NCBI RefSeq assembly: GCF_009834535.1
Contig: NC_045696.1
Coordinates: 84,198,001 to 84,262,000, forward strand
Source of the DNA: Camelus ferus
Lineage: Eukaryota
Reading direction: 5' to 3'
DNA length: 64,000 nt
This document shows, one piece after another, positions 1 to 12,694 of the stretch. Below the pieces are notes generated by a model that worked only from the letters and a program-made list of their open reading frames with translations, made no database searches and was not told where the DNA came from. Both the position numbers and the translations under genes were made by a program. Every line of letters starts with the position of its first letter. Position 1 is the first letter of the stretch.

Positions 1-171
1 TCTTTGCAAGCACTAAACCTAAACTCATCTTTATCTCTAACAAATTAACTAACTTGGAAAGAGCTTGTTTTTTGCTTTTCTTTGTTCATTTGACATATGT
101 AATTAACCTGGGATCCAATAAGTGATGGCTCTGAATTTTAACCCTAAATGCACTTTCATATTTTCCAACAG

Positions 172-258
172 ATTCGTCTGAGGTGTATATTTCCCAAGTC
201 ATGCAACAAGTTTTCTTTGAGATAAATGAAGATGGTGGTGAAGCTGCAACATCAACTG
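172..258 (+). CDS. SERPINI2: SERPINI2 (pancpin) internal coding exon: strand 5A and proximal hinge
   Basis: Acceptor ttttccaacAG (170-171), donor GT at 259; 87 bp, phase 1/1. Translates (D)SSEVYISQVMQQVFFEINEDGGEAATST(G), a serpin hinge matching recalled SERPINI2 DSSEVYVSQVTQKVFFEINEDGSEAATSTG. Confidence 0.96.
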
Positions 259-534
259 GTAGGACAAATGATGTCACAGAAGCCGGGAGGAAGGACTGGG
301 GGAAATGAGCTTGAGGGTGCTGGCACTTTGCAGTCTTCTGATCTTCCCTCCTGCTGTCCAGTACACTGTAGGAAGAAAAAGTAATGGTTATATAAGCTAT
401 TTATGCATCTCTGTGGCCACAGCTTAATACAAAAGGGAAGGGATTTGATTAAGAGTTGAGGACCATCTACTAATATTTATACTTAATTGTAAATTGAATT
501 ACCTGCCGATTAGCCGATAGGATCTATTATTATG

Positions 535-726
535 TTTTTAATTGAAGTATAGTTTACAGTGTTTCAGGTGTACAGCAAAGTGATTCAGTTATACATCTAC
601 ATATAGATCTATTCTTTTTCAGATTCTTTTCCATTATAGATCATTACAAGATATTGAACACAGTTCCCTGTGCTGTACAGTAGGTCCTTGTGGTTTACCT
701 CTTTTATGTATAGTAGTGCGTGTCTT
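535..726 (-). mobile_element. L1 3'-end fragment (artiodactyl-type), antisense in SERPINI2 intron
   Basis: tttttaattgaagtatagtttac...tcaggtgtacagcaaagtgattcagttatacat...gttccctgtgctgtacagtaggtcctt resembles the reverse complement of an L1 3' UTR terminus. Confidence 0.8.
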
Positions 727-1095
727 TTAATGCACATTAGAATCAGCTGGAAAGCTTTTAAAAATTCTATGTATGTATGCCCAGCCCACATCCCAAAATA
801 ATTAAATCAGTATCTCTGGAGATGAGATCCAGCCTTCAATATTTTCTTTCATTTCCCTGAGTGATTCCAGTGTGCGTCCAGTGTGTGTCCAGTGTTGAGA
901 ACTCGTGCTCTCCGGTGACTTGCAGCCTATCCTTGCTGCTGTTGGTGTAATTGCATAGGCCAGCCGCGGCAGCACTTGGTAACTTGTTAGAAACGTAGCA
1001 CCTCAGGCCCAGTTCCAGACCTACTAATTCAGCATCTACATTTTTCATGGTCTCCTGGTGACCTGTGTGCACGTTTCGATTTGAGGACCTCGCTT
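727..1095. mobile_element. Two adjacent MER5-type hAT-Charlie MITE remnants
   Basis: Motifs tgcacattagaatcagctgg...aatcagtatctctgg and aacttgttagaaacgtagcacctcaggccc...agacctactaattcag resemble MER5A/MER5B. Confidence 0.6.
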
Positions 1096-1189
1096 CTATG
1101 ATGTATTTCTTTGAACAAATAGCATTTTGAATAGTACCTATGCTGCATAAAAATAATACTCAAAAAGTAAGTGGAGAAAAGCCTAAAAT

Positions 1190-1517
1190 TCAGTTAGAAA
1201 TGGAAAAGTCTGCATGACAGACCTTACTAAATAATCCTTATATACCATTAACTTTCCCCATACGTTTACCTTCCCACAATTTACCACCCCTAGAAGCCCA
1301 AATCCCCTTTTCCTTTTTCTAGTCACTTCTTCACAATTTACTACTTCTTGTTAAAATGGCATATAAGCTCTCAAGCCTAAACACTTCTTTGTTGTGAAGC
1401 TCCTGTGCGGATACAAAATAAAATGATTTCTTCTATCAATCTGTCCTTTGTCACTTTAATTGACACACCTCAATCACAAACAAAAATTATAGAGGAAAAG
1501 TTTTTTTCTTCTGTACA
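1190..1517 (+). mobile_element. ERV1-class solo LTR remnant (MER34/MER39-like)
   Basis: TATA-like atataagc at ~1361, AATAAA at ~1417, and the ending tcaatctgtcctttgtcactttaatt...agaggaaaag...ttcttctgtaca typical of these LTR 3' ends. Confidence 0.45.
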
Positions 1518-2290
1518 ATTGTTTTTCAATTCTGATCACATGTTGCATTTCAAAAACTATTTTCATGGATCTGAAAAAATTATACGAAAGTGTTACATTA
1601 TTGGTAAAGAAAACATTTGAATTGAGTTAGAAATATTTAATCTAGAAATTAAAAAAAATCCAGTCATTTAAATGTATCCACTCTGAAATATTGACAAATG
1701 CCACACTGGAGCAGTCTGATAGAAATTATTACAGTAAATAATTGTAAAGGCAGAAGACCTCTCTTTCTAATATAATAAAAATCCTATGCACATTCAAAGC
1801 ACAAATCCTAAAAGCTCTGAGCTCACAGAATAATTTTGCAAAAATTAAAAAAGAATAAATTTGAACTCAGATGTGATTACTACAAGCCTGAAGAATAGAA
1901 ATAAAGTGCAAACATACCTGGATAGGAATTAAGAGTTGAAACATTATAAAACAAATTATATAATGCAAATAAATGTGAGCAGAAAGTTACTGTTTAAAAG
2001 ATGAAATTTTCATCTGCTTTCACTAAATTGAGTCTAGTATCTGGCTTTCTTCTTCACTGAGTGTAAATGTGAAGTTAGAATTATCCCATGAATAATCCAA
2101 TATTTATTCTTCTGCTCTTTGATTTTTAAATTTATTCCAAATTTCTCTGTGTTCAGAAAATGATTATTTTTCCACATGTTAACTCCTCAAGCAAAATGAC
2201 CTTTCCTGTCTACAAAAAATATTATGGATATTTTTTATTTACTGATCTTTTAACGTGAACATCTAAATAACTGTTGTCTCTATTTCATAG

Positions 2291-2380
2291 GCATAGACAT
2301 CCCTGCGATCATGAATCTGCATCGAAACCAATTTATAGCAAACCATCCATTTCTATTTATTATGAAGAATAACCCAACAG
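2291..2380 (+). CDS. SERPINI2: SERPINI2 penultimate coding exon: reactive-centre loop and serpin signature
   Basis: tatttcatAG acceptor, ag|GTacc donor; 90 bp, in frame with the previous exon. Translates (G)IDIPAIMNLHRNQFIANHPFLFIMKNNPT(E) and contains the FxANHPFLF serpin motif. Confidence 0.96.
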
Positions 2381-3229
2381 GTACCTTTTTGAGAATTCCC
2401 TCGAGGAACTGCTTAAGTTAAATAGACCTAGTTCTAACTGTTAATTGTAATCTACATATCTGAAATCATTTACTCCCAATTAATTGCATTTATTTTAACT
2501 TTTTCAAAAATTTTTTTAGTGTCTATTTGTGGAGTGCCTGTTCTGTAGCAGGCATTGTGTTTTAAGAGCGGACAGGGACCTAAAACAGAGCAGTAGTAAC
2601 AACAGCTGCCAAGGTGGCTGGTGATTTTAAATCCCTTTCTCTGCAGCTAACACCATTTCAATCAGTTTGATATGATATTTAATAAAGACATAGAAACTCA
2701 GAGAGAGGTTGTGTAGTTTGTCTAAGGTCATACAGCTGAAAAGTGGCAGAATGAGAATGAGACCTTTTTGGCTCAGAAGTCAACCTTCTTTCTTCAATGT
2801 CAAAATGGGAGTGGAGACTTGGGAGTTGTACAGTTGTGAAACGTTTTAGAGGTGGATTCCAAAAGAATAAGTGCCTGTAGGCTCTGAGTGGGAGAGAGGG
2901 GTCAAATGTTATTTCAAATCTCTAATTTGGACAGTTGGTAAAAGATGATGCAGTGACATACCAGACGCAAAGGTAGTCATGGATTGAACTGGCATTTGAC
3001 ACAATGGCGACATAAATGCAGATGGCTTTTGTATAAGTTTTTGCAAATTCCCTTATGAAAAAGAGAGGCCAGAAATGTGGACACAGTGAGGAAACTTTAA
3101 GTGTATATTTAGAACTCGTCAGGAGTTACAACCCCATGTGAGGGCTCTAAACTACATAATATCATTCATTTCTGTATCCAGCCCAGTATTTGGCAAAGTG
3201 CCTTGCACGTAATGTCAGTGTCCCTGGAG

Positions 3230-3480
3230 ATCAAAGGTTTGGACTTGGGTGTCAGACCTGGGCTTATGTCCCAGCTCAGTGAATTAATACTTGTAAAACA
3301 AGTCATTTACACTTTCTAAGCCATATTTTCCTCACCTCCTACTTGAATATAATATTAATGTTTATTTCATAGAGTTAAATAAAAGAATATATGAAGCCCA
3401 TGACACTGTGCCTGGCACATAGTGTTTGTTATGAATACATGAATAAATATAAAAGAGTGAATGACTGAATAAATGCAGAA
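3230..3480 (+). mobile_element. MIR SINE with MIR/L2 3' tail
   Basis: gtcagacctgggcttatgtcccagctc...ttttcctcacct, then cactgtgcctggcacatagtg...gaataaat(gaat)n. Confidence 0.6.
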
Positions 3481-6348
3481 AGGAAGAGAAATGGAAAAGC
3501 TTCTCTCTATAAACTGGTTTACATGGAGAAGAGACAGAGTTAATTTCAGAATCTGAATCTGTTAGATTAGTTAGCAATACTGATATTATTGGCCTCCTAA
3601 GGAATATATCAGCCTCTTTTTTTTAGGTCCCATGAAATTAATGCTGAATGACCCTTCTGATAGTTATATCTTGGGAACAGTGGGACAGTTTTAGATTTGA
3701 TGATTAGTTTTAACACAGCCTCAGTTCTACCAGAATTGAAGTGGACGTGTCAGTGTTGAGATATTCTGAGTATGTCATTTGATCTATACGTCTTTAACCT
3801 CTGGCTAACTCTTAATTTCTTGCAATTAGTATGTAATTACTGAGTATGGAGAACAGAAAGAATGAAGCTGCATTAGGCATCAAGGCGCAAGGAAATAATG
3901 GCATTTAGAATAATGATGTTTGACTCTTTATTTTCCAAGTTGATGACTACGGCCATGTAATAGCTATCAGTTAAACATCAGTGAAAGTTCAAAACCCAAA
4001 ATAATTCACTTGTTTGTTTATTTGTGATAATGCTCAACTATCAGACCCTTAATGACAATTTATACTGTTTTATGACCTTTATTGTAATGAAACTTTCTAA
4101 ACTAGGGTTACTCCCTTAAAGTTTTGTTTAAAATGAATGGCCACTCAATTATTGGAGGCTGTAAATTGTTGCCATACAAAATGTAGAATGGTCTATTATC
4201 TTAAGACAATACACATTCAGGGATTTATTTCTTTTTCTCTCATAAATGAACTGAAGAGATCCTTGAGGTTAACGAAGCTGGTGACTTGGCAGGGCATACG
4301 AGACTGCTAAGTGGCTTACGACTGACATAAAATAGATTCATTTGACAATTTCTGAAGTATGAGGATGAATGATTTTAGATTTAACACAACCAATTTTTAT
4401 CTAGATTTAAATTTTTCTTTTGGTCAAACAATCCTCTTGGGCAAAATCCATACATTATTTGTGCTTTCCCACCAGTATTGACTTCTATCATATATATCTC
4501 AGTATATTCATCCAAACCTCTTACTGAGCCAAGGAAGTGAAGAACATTTTTCCTTCTTTTAGGTTGATAGCATAGGCCAGAGTTAGAGACTTTCAGAAGA
4601 ATATTGTAAAAGATTCTACAAGAAATGTGCCATTTCTCAAAAAGCAGTGAATCATGGTTTTAAAACTGACAGTACTCCATACGTAATAAAAAAAATATTG
4701 TATTTAAAACTCTTCAGGTCTTGGGTTGAAGGGAGAAGCAGACTGCAGGGTATTCATTAAGAAATCTTTTTTTTTTTCTAGGTCATTAGCTTTGGTTATG
4801 CTATTGTATTTTCACACTATGAAGTAAAAGCTGCTTCCATCTGATGGAGATGTTTCATAACTATGTTTGATTAAATATGAGAGACACCTCTTTAAGAAGT
4901 GGGCATGAAAAGAAAAGTGGAAACAGTAATGATTTCTGCTTCAGCCTACCTCTAAATCCACTGCTGCTATGTCAAGGGAGATTTCTCTGATCTGTCCAAT
5001 TTAGTAGTGAGTTGATTGGTGACTGTAGGAAGACTCACTTCAAAATGTGGTTCTGCTTGGTCAAAAAAAAAAAGAAAAAAATTACAAAGGCCGAGACAAA
5101 TGACTTTTATGTAATGGCTTATACTTCTGACTGTTTAAAATTTTAAACTATTGTCTTCTATTTATAAGGTTAGTTCCTATGAAAGTTACTTTAAGTGTTC
5201 TCCAAACAACTCTGATAAGCATTTTAATGCCATAGGATTATAAAGATATTTTATGCCATAGAATCATAAAGATGCAAGAGTCACTGGTGATTCCCATTGA
5301 GACTAAATGGAGAAGTTGTTTACCATCCTTATCTGAGAAATTGGAGTACTTACTTTCTTGGGTTTTTTTTTTTTTAGAATTATTTTGAGATTTTGAGGAA
5401 AAGTATTACAAATTATAATCACAAAAAGAAAAAAACCTGCTGGAGATTATGTCTATTTCCATGTTATTGGTCTTTTAAGACTGTCTTTGGACTGAACAAA
5501 ACAGTTAGTGAAAAAGGGCTTTTTATTTAATTTCTGCCATGGTTATTTCAAACACATGTAAATATAGTCTTCATTAGCTTTCAAATTATGTAAAATTTTA
5601 TTTTATCACTTTTGAAATGGACCTTTATTACAAGGGACTATAAGGAATGTAAGTCAAGGCTACGCTTGATGTGAGTCCATTCGAGCACTTCGCTTACCCT
5701 AGCTGAAAAGAGAGGTGAATGGATTTTGGCGCATCATTTCTTTCTGTTTTGCCCTCTAGTTCTTAGATCCTTTTCACTTGCAAACACAGAATGGCTGGAA
5801 ACAGGTGTTTACGTTTTTGCTGTATACTATATCACCTCGGTGAGGATTTGAAAGCACTAGCAATATGAAATATTGTCTTCAGTGGTGAGCTTTGATTCAG
5901 CGCTGAAGGAGGAGATCTGAGAAGCTGCACTTTTAACCCCAAGGGCTCATATTACATGCACAAAGAGATGACTGCTAATGCCTTCAATTTAAAACTCTGC
6001 CATGCTCTTCACCATTTTATTATTCTGTGTTTGCCTGACTGAGTCTCTATATTTAGAAAAACACCTCTCTGTCACTTTATTTTTGCTTCCCTATGTGAAA
6101 AACAAGACTAACACATTTTCCATGATAAGCTGTTGTGGGTGTTAATTTGCTTCATAAATTATCAGAAAATGATTAATAATGATATAATTATGTATATTTT
6201 AGACCAAGGAGTGAGTTTTGCTATTAGATGTTGCCTGTTTACTTTACAGAGAGAAAAGTCTAAGCGATTTGTTTAAATATTAAGAAAAATTAATTATTGT
6301 CTTTTTTTTTCCTCCAGAGATTCCTAAATTGTTTTTTTCTTTTCCTAG

Positions 6349-6425
6349 AATCAATTGTGTTTATGGGCAGGGTGAGAGATCCCGACACCCAAAAGATGAA
6401 AGGAAGAGATTTAGATTCCCTGTGA
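6349..6425 (+). CDS. SERPINI2: SERPINI2 last coding exon with stop codon
   Basis: tttcctAG acceptor (6347-6348). Translates (E)SIVFMGRVRDPDTQKMKGRDLDSL*, TGA at 6423-6425. Has the FMGRV motif and the SERPINI2-type C-terminus GRDLDSL. Confidence 0.96.
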
Positions 6426-6560
6426 ATGAAAAGCACAGCCTCAGACTATAATTCCTGGAAAATAGTTGATTGGCCAGATATCATCAAATATCTTCTGTCT
6501 ACCTTTTTCTGTTTTAAGTGGTGCCTGTATTCATCTGTATTCGGAGTAAATGACATTATT

Positions 6561-6566
6561 AATAAA
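6561..6566 (+). terminator. Candidate SERPINI2 polyadenylation signal
   Basis: First AATAAA after the stop, ~135 nt downstream, followed by a T/GT-rich tract (tgtttttgttttttctgt) at ~6584-6601. Confidence 0.6.
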
Positions 6567-9500
6567 TGAAATGATGCATTCAATGTTTTTGTTTTTTCTG
6601 TATTTTTATAAAGTCTATATGAATCAAAAGCAGTGAACTTACATGAAATATTACTGTTGTTGATATGTTAGAACAGTCCATCTAAGATACCTTAGGTATC
6701 AGATTCCTGTCTTAGATATCAAAGTTTCTATGTTTGTAAAAGACTGGAGTGTCTGACTCAGACATGGCAGTGTTATCCAGGCCTGGGGAAGTAAGTCCGA
6801 GAGAGAGAGGGTGTGCTGTGTGCCTTCCTGGGTGCTGCCTGACACACAAGGATCCAGTATCTATGGACAAACTTTTAGTACCAAGAGCTAATCTTGGTAC
6901 TCTGTGTGTTATGTTTAACATTTGTCTTGTTTCAGTACCTTTTGGGACATTTTTCTTCTGATTTATGCTCTAAATATGTAAAAGAAAGTAGAAATGGTGA
7001 GAACTTTTATAAATCTTTTCTATACATGAAAGTGGCAGCCAAATTAATGTGATTCAGGAGGCTAACCTTTCATAATTTTATAACACTCAGCTAAGGGAAG
7101 TGTTAGAGGCAAGATTGTAATCTGCAAAGATTAAGTGCAGAAACCTTCCTCTGAATGTCATATCAAGGTATCCAAAATAATACTATGTTCTAATGACTTT
7201 GTACAACATGTTCCACGGGTTTTTCCATTTTCATGTTAGTGATGTGGTGTCCTTTTGTTTGTTTGTCTTCGCAACTATCCGAAGAGAGTTTAATGATAAT
7301 GGCTACCCACTGTTGAGTCCTAATTATGTGTCAGTCATTGAGGTAAGCAGTTTATCTACATTATGTTAAATGCACTAAAGATGCTATGAGATACCATTAC
7401 CCATCCTCCTGATAAAGAAACTGAAACTCAAAGACATATAAACTAGTCAAGGCTTATAGCAAATAAATATGGCGGTCCTTATGTCAAAGTTTGAGCTCAG
7501 GACTCTCTGAATTAGGAGACTATGAGCATAATCACTGAGTTATAATCCTGCCTATGTAAGTCCTTTACATTCGTACAGGTCTTCCCCTGGAACTTTGTAC
7601 TGTCTAGTCTCTGAAATCTCAGTGTCCATCTGCAGCAAAACCCACAGCACTACTCAAGGCATTTTGAAGACAACTTTGGAGCTAATTGTGATTGCTTAAA
7701 ACCGTAAAATAATTGAAAACAATGCTTGTTTTGCTAGACAGTCAAGTTTATTTAGATACAATACCGTAAATGCTGATATGTATGTTAATGATACATTGCA
7801 AGTTTATTCCTCATCATGCAACTGGTTTAAAAATATGCCTCCTCGATTTAAGAAGAAGAGTATAATAAACTATTAAGAGGACAGCAGTCTTACTCAGGTC
7901 TGTCCCACTTCCTGTTTTCCTTGGATTATGTGACTTCTTACGACCCTCTCCCAGGTCACACGTTAATCTGCTCTGGAGATTCATTCACTCCTTCCACAAA
8001 TATTAACTGAGCTTCCATCGTGTTCCAGGCACTCCTCTAGGCACCAGGGAGAGACCAGTGAACAGAACTGACAAGATCTCTGCCCTCACCAAGCTGACAA
8101 TTTACTGGTGGCAGAAAGACAGTAAGCCAATGAGGACATAAGAAGGGCTTTATAAAATGAGATAATGTGATGAGGTGACTGCCCAGGTTTCACTCTAAGT
8201 ACATGTTTTCTTAGTATGTTCCTAACATATTTGTTTTTCTTCAATAAGATCTGCTAAATGTCTGCCTCGGTTTCCCTACTGTAGAGCCCAACTTTGCATT
8301 GTTGCTGCTTTCTTCTCTGATTCCATACTCTGCAGCTGGTAGGTGTTACTTGCCTCCCGAAAGGAGAATTTAATCTTACGGAAGAAGGAGTAGCCTTCCA
8401 GTGTGGGTTCAAGCTGAAGATCTCCCCTTCCTCCATTCTAGGAACATAGTTGCCAAAGCACTTCCAATATTAAAACCTTAATCTTCACCTTCATTGCAAT
8501 TAACTCAGAAGTTATTATAGTTCCATATTACAAAGCCTAGAAGTGTCTGGAATATATTTATAATATATACATAGGTATTTATTTATTTATGAAATAATAC
8601 AAGTATGAAATGATTTTCTCTGCCAAGATGCATAAACTGTTTAAGATTCACAACAGTACATAATCTATGTGGGATAAAAATATTGTCAATTAATAGCCCT
8701 TGTAAAGGTTTAATACTGAATATGTATACATACACATTTTTTTCCCCCTTAAGGCAAAATGGCCATTAAAGTAGTAATATATTGTTTGGAAACTTGCAGT
8801 TGAGTTTTACTAACTTCACGTAGTTGTAATTCATGGTGTATTTTAGAGAAAGGAGTCTGCTACTTGGGACAGTGGGACCTGGGAGGTCAAAGGCCTGAAA
8901 CAATAAAAATTTTTTTTTTGATAGAATTCTCCTGAATTCATTAATAAAGACCTGGAAACTGTGAAAGATGCAGAGAAATGTTGGGCAGATTTAATTAGAA
9001 CCAGTGCTTTGGACCTCTCCCAGGATGGCCTCAGACACACCCTCTGAGGAGCACCTGAGCTGTGGATCCTAAGACTGACTCCATGCTTAGGGTGAGAAAG
9101 TGGGCTCTGTAATGTTGGTTTGTAAGAACACTTTTTCCCCGACATTCCCTTTTTTTTTTTTCCGTGGCTCCTGTGTAATCATCTCTAAATCTAAAGCTGG
9201 CAATTCAGGAGATCAAAAATCTGGTTTCTTTCTGTTTGTGAGTCTCAAGTGACTACCCTGAAGGCATAATATAAAGGAAATGAAAGATGAGATATTTTTC
9301 ACTGTCTAACCTTGTGTTTTTGGCTTGTCACCTCAATTCTCTGGGATTTCAGTGTCCTCTTCTGTACAGTGAAGACTTGGACAAAGCCTATTTAAAGTCC
9401 TCATTCCAAAGTCCTGTGTTTGTAGATCTTGGACTTCTCAACGAAAACATGTTTGGAATGATGTCTTTTAAGTCATTATTGTCTGTAAGCAGTGTTTTTT

Positions 9501-9779
9501 CATAAAACAAAGCAAATTCCAGGATGCACCCTCACTAGGATTTTGGTCTATTACACTGTTTTTATTCACAAGTTTCAGATTTAACTTTTAAAGGAAGAAT
9601 ACGTATAAAACAACTTGACTGTTGTGACAGAGACCCTTCCTTACCCAGCGGAGACTGCGCGGGGTAGAGCTGTTGCTGGGCAGTGGAAGCCTAGCTGGGG
9701 ACTTGGCTGCACTCATCTGAGTGGAGCCTTGTAATTAGTTTTCGTTCGTGGAATTTGAGTGGAGGTGGGTTTGTCACTT

Positions 9780-10620
9780 GTGAGCTCATATGATTACGAA
9801 ACAAGTGTCTCTCTCTAACTGCTCTCTTTTCCCATACCAGCTAGATGCCAATGCTCAAGGTCACCCTGGAAGCTGTACGGAAGCCCTATTAGCCTGGGTT
9901 TCTCTATCATTGTGATTCGCAGGTCCTCTCTGCTGCCTTGGTCAAAGCCAACCAGGAGTACCTACCGGCATCGGACAGTGACGTGAGTGAGAGTTGTATG
10001 TTCCTTGGAATTTAAGGGGTTGTTAGTGACAATAGTGAGTGTTAATTTGGTACCTTTAATGGGGGTGCTTCTATAAAATATAGAAAGTGTGTGGTGTAAT
10101 TTAAAGTTGGACAGCAAAAGCAACAACAAGAACACAGACATAGCAGGCTGAAAGCAGGGGAGTTTGTTAAGCTGTGGGACTCTTCGGTAAACTGTTGCCT
10201 CTGATAACCTGGGAAGTAGACCCTGTACGTAGAGACCCAGTATCCAGCCAGAGACTGACTACATTTTACATCTTTCTTGAACTTGAACTTGATAGACTAC
10301 TTGACATGTTCTCACCAGTTGGAATATGAGCAGAAATGTTACGTGTTACTTCTGGTCACAGTGGTTAGGAAGCAAATTGGCCTACGTTTCTTTCTGTTTT
10401 GTCCACTCTGTTGGCTGTATATCAACATTAAGGGTGACAGTGGAAGCCTTACAAGGCATCTGGAAGATGGCAAGGCTCCCTCAGCCTGGGTCCCTGAATG
10501 ATTGCTCGGATCACAACCATTCTATTATCCACCCCATCACCCTTGACCAGGGATTCCCACACTGGACTCTACTGGGAGCAAGAAATGCACCATATGGTGA
10601 TAGACCATAGGAAGTAGGTA
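9780..10620 (+). mobile_element. MaLR (MLT1-like) remnant: LTR, internal stub, LTR fragments
   Basis: LTR-like end ggaatttaaggggttgttagtgacaatag (~10010-10035), then aatttggtacc...ggggtgct (MLT-int start), and a second LTR-like block ggaatatgagcagaaatgttacgtgttacttctgg at ~10320. Confidence 0.45.
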
Positions 10621-10957
10621 GCTAGTGTTCACCAGAATACATGCTTTTAATATGTATTTTCCATGTATTAGCCTGTAGTGTATGTTTTCTTATCCTAGTG
10701 CTTGACACCTGATAAGACAAAGTTCGGGGATAGTATTTCAATTTGCCTAATTCTGTGAGAGAAGCTCAGGAATGATCCAGTGCATTTTCCCAGGCACATT
10801 GCTCAGCTCCATAGTAAAACTGTATCTTTGCCAAATGAAAGGAAAGGGTGTAAAATGCAGAGAGCTCACAAATGGGGTGCTTTGCTGGCTGCCACATAGC
10901 TCTCTTGATTGACATTCTTTCCGTAATAGAAAAAACAGCCTGTACCTTCTGGTCACT

Positions 10958-10983
10958 CTGTGTGTGTGTGTGTGTGTGTGTGT
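10958..10983. repeat. (TG)n microsatellite
   Basis: About 13 perfect TG units. Confidence 0.95.
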
Positions 10984-11575
10984 TTGTGCATGGTGGAAGT
11001 AGGGGATGGGGGTTGAGGGTATCTTCTTTAAAGACTCGTCCTTGAAAAGATTTTTGACTAATATAAAAAAATTATGCCTACTTGCAAGGGATTAAGAAGT
11101 GGCCTAGCTAATGATATGTAAAACATGTGCTCAATGCTTCACAGAAAATGACAGAAAAAATGCTGGTCTTAGAAGATCTCAACAGGCATTTGTGGAAACC
11201 AAAACAGATTTTCTTTTGAATTCTATATACGTATTAGCATTAGATTTGAATTATTTGGTTTGTCATGGCTTATATCACAGTATTCATATTCTTTGTATCC
11301 ATGAAAATATATAGAGAAAAATTTCTGGCAATTAAATTTCTATTTTGTAAGTAATGATAGCTTATATATACAGAGATCTTACTATCACTGAGTAATGTAT
11401 GTACAGTATCTTATATATCCTCGTATTTCTGTCACATCCTTTATAAAATAAGAAAATTGAAACCAAAGTGTTAAGAAACTTTGCTCAAGGGCACATGTGG
11501 AGTATAAATAGTAGAACTGGTCGGTGTCCAAACTCTGGCTCTCTAACTGCAGACCTCACCTCTTCATCACTAAGC

Positions 11576-11764
11576 CAGTAATTCTCACACTCTGATGTGC
11601 ATCAGAATTACCTGGAAGGTTTGTTAAAACACAGATTGTTGGTCCTGGCATCCAGGGTTTCTGATTTGGTAGGTCTGGATTGGTTCCTAAGTGTTTACTT
11701 TTCTAACAAGTTTCCAGATGATGCTGATGCTGTTGGTCTGGGAACCATACTTTGAGGACCACTG
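11576..11764. mobile_element. Full-length MER5A hAT-Charlie MITE
   Basis: 189 bp. Terminal inverted repeats CAGTAATTCTCACA ... TTTGAGGACCACTG, internal catcagaattacctgg...tttctaacaagtttccagatgatgctgatgctg. Confidence 0.88.
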
Positions 11765-12694
11765 AAATAAGGCACAAAGCTTCTCTTCTAAGATAGATTC
11801 TTGCCATACTCAGAATGATATGATAATTGATAGGATAAGAAAGAAGCCCAGAGCGCAAGATTCAGTGAAGAAAGAGGCCAATTAGAAAAGGTTATATTAA
11901 AAATACAAATGAAAGCAGGTAAATAAATTACAAAGACGATGACTCCTCATTGCATAAAGAATAAAAGTAAGATTTTGCAGCCAATCTCCAAAGCCTTTCA
12001 TAATTGAATACTGGATTTCTAGACTAGTCTTCACTCATCTGTGCTTGGTTATCCAGCACATTTCCAATCTCTCATCTTGGGTGGTGTATGGTAAAGCTGC
12101 TTCCTCTGCCTGGAAATGCTTTTCTCTCCTTCTCTGCAAAACGTGTCTGTCAGAGTTCTAATTTTGCCTCAGGACTTAGTCCAAGTATTTCCTTTCCTTA
12201 AAAAGCCATCAAAGGCTCTCTTGATTCCTACTTCTTCCCACCAACACTCTCCCTTACTCCATCGTATCATAATAGTTATTTGAATTGCTCATTTAACGAT
12301 GGGCCCAGGAAAAGCTGTGTGTTTCTTAATTGCACCACAGTGAAGTCTTATTCATCATTGTTTCCCATAGGACCTAGGTCTGCTGCATATTGACATTTGC
12401 CCAGTGAGGGTCATCAAATAGAAGTAATTAAAGAATGTTGTTAGAGCCACCGATTCAAGTATATGTTTGCCTTATCAGTCTATGTGAGGACCCCCCACAT
12501 TGTAGATAATAGTAAAAAGTAAGAATTTATTTCAACCGTGAATAACAATGACTCAAAAAAGAATAGCTTAAAATAACAAAAGTTTACTTCTGTGTCAGAT
12601 AAAAGTAGACTGGAAGTTGTCAACCCATGGCTGGTATAGAGGTTCCATGGCTGTAAGAGACTCAATCTCCTTCAGTAACTCTATCCCTATGGTG

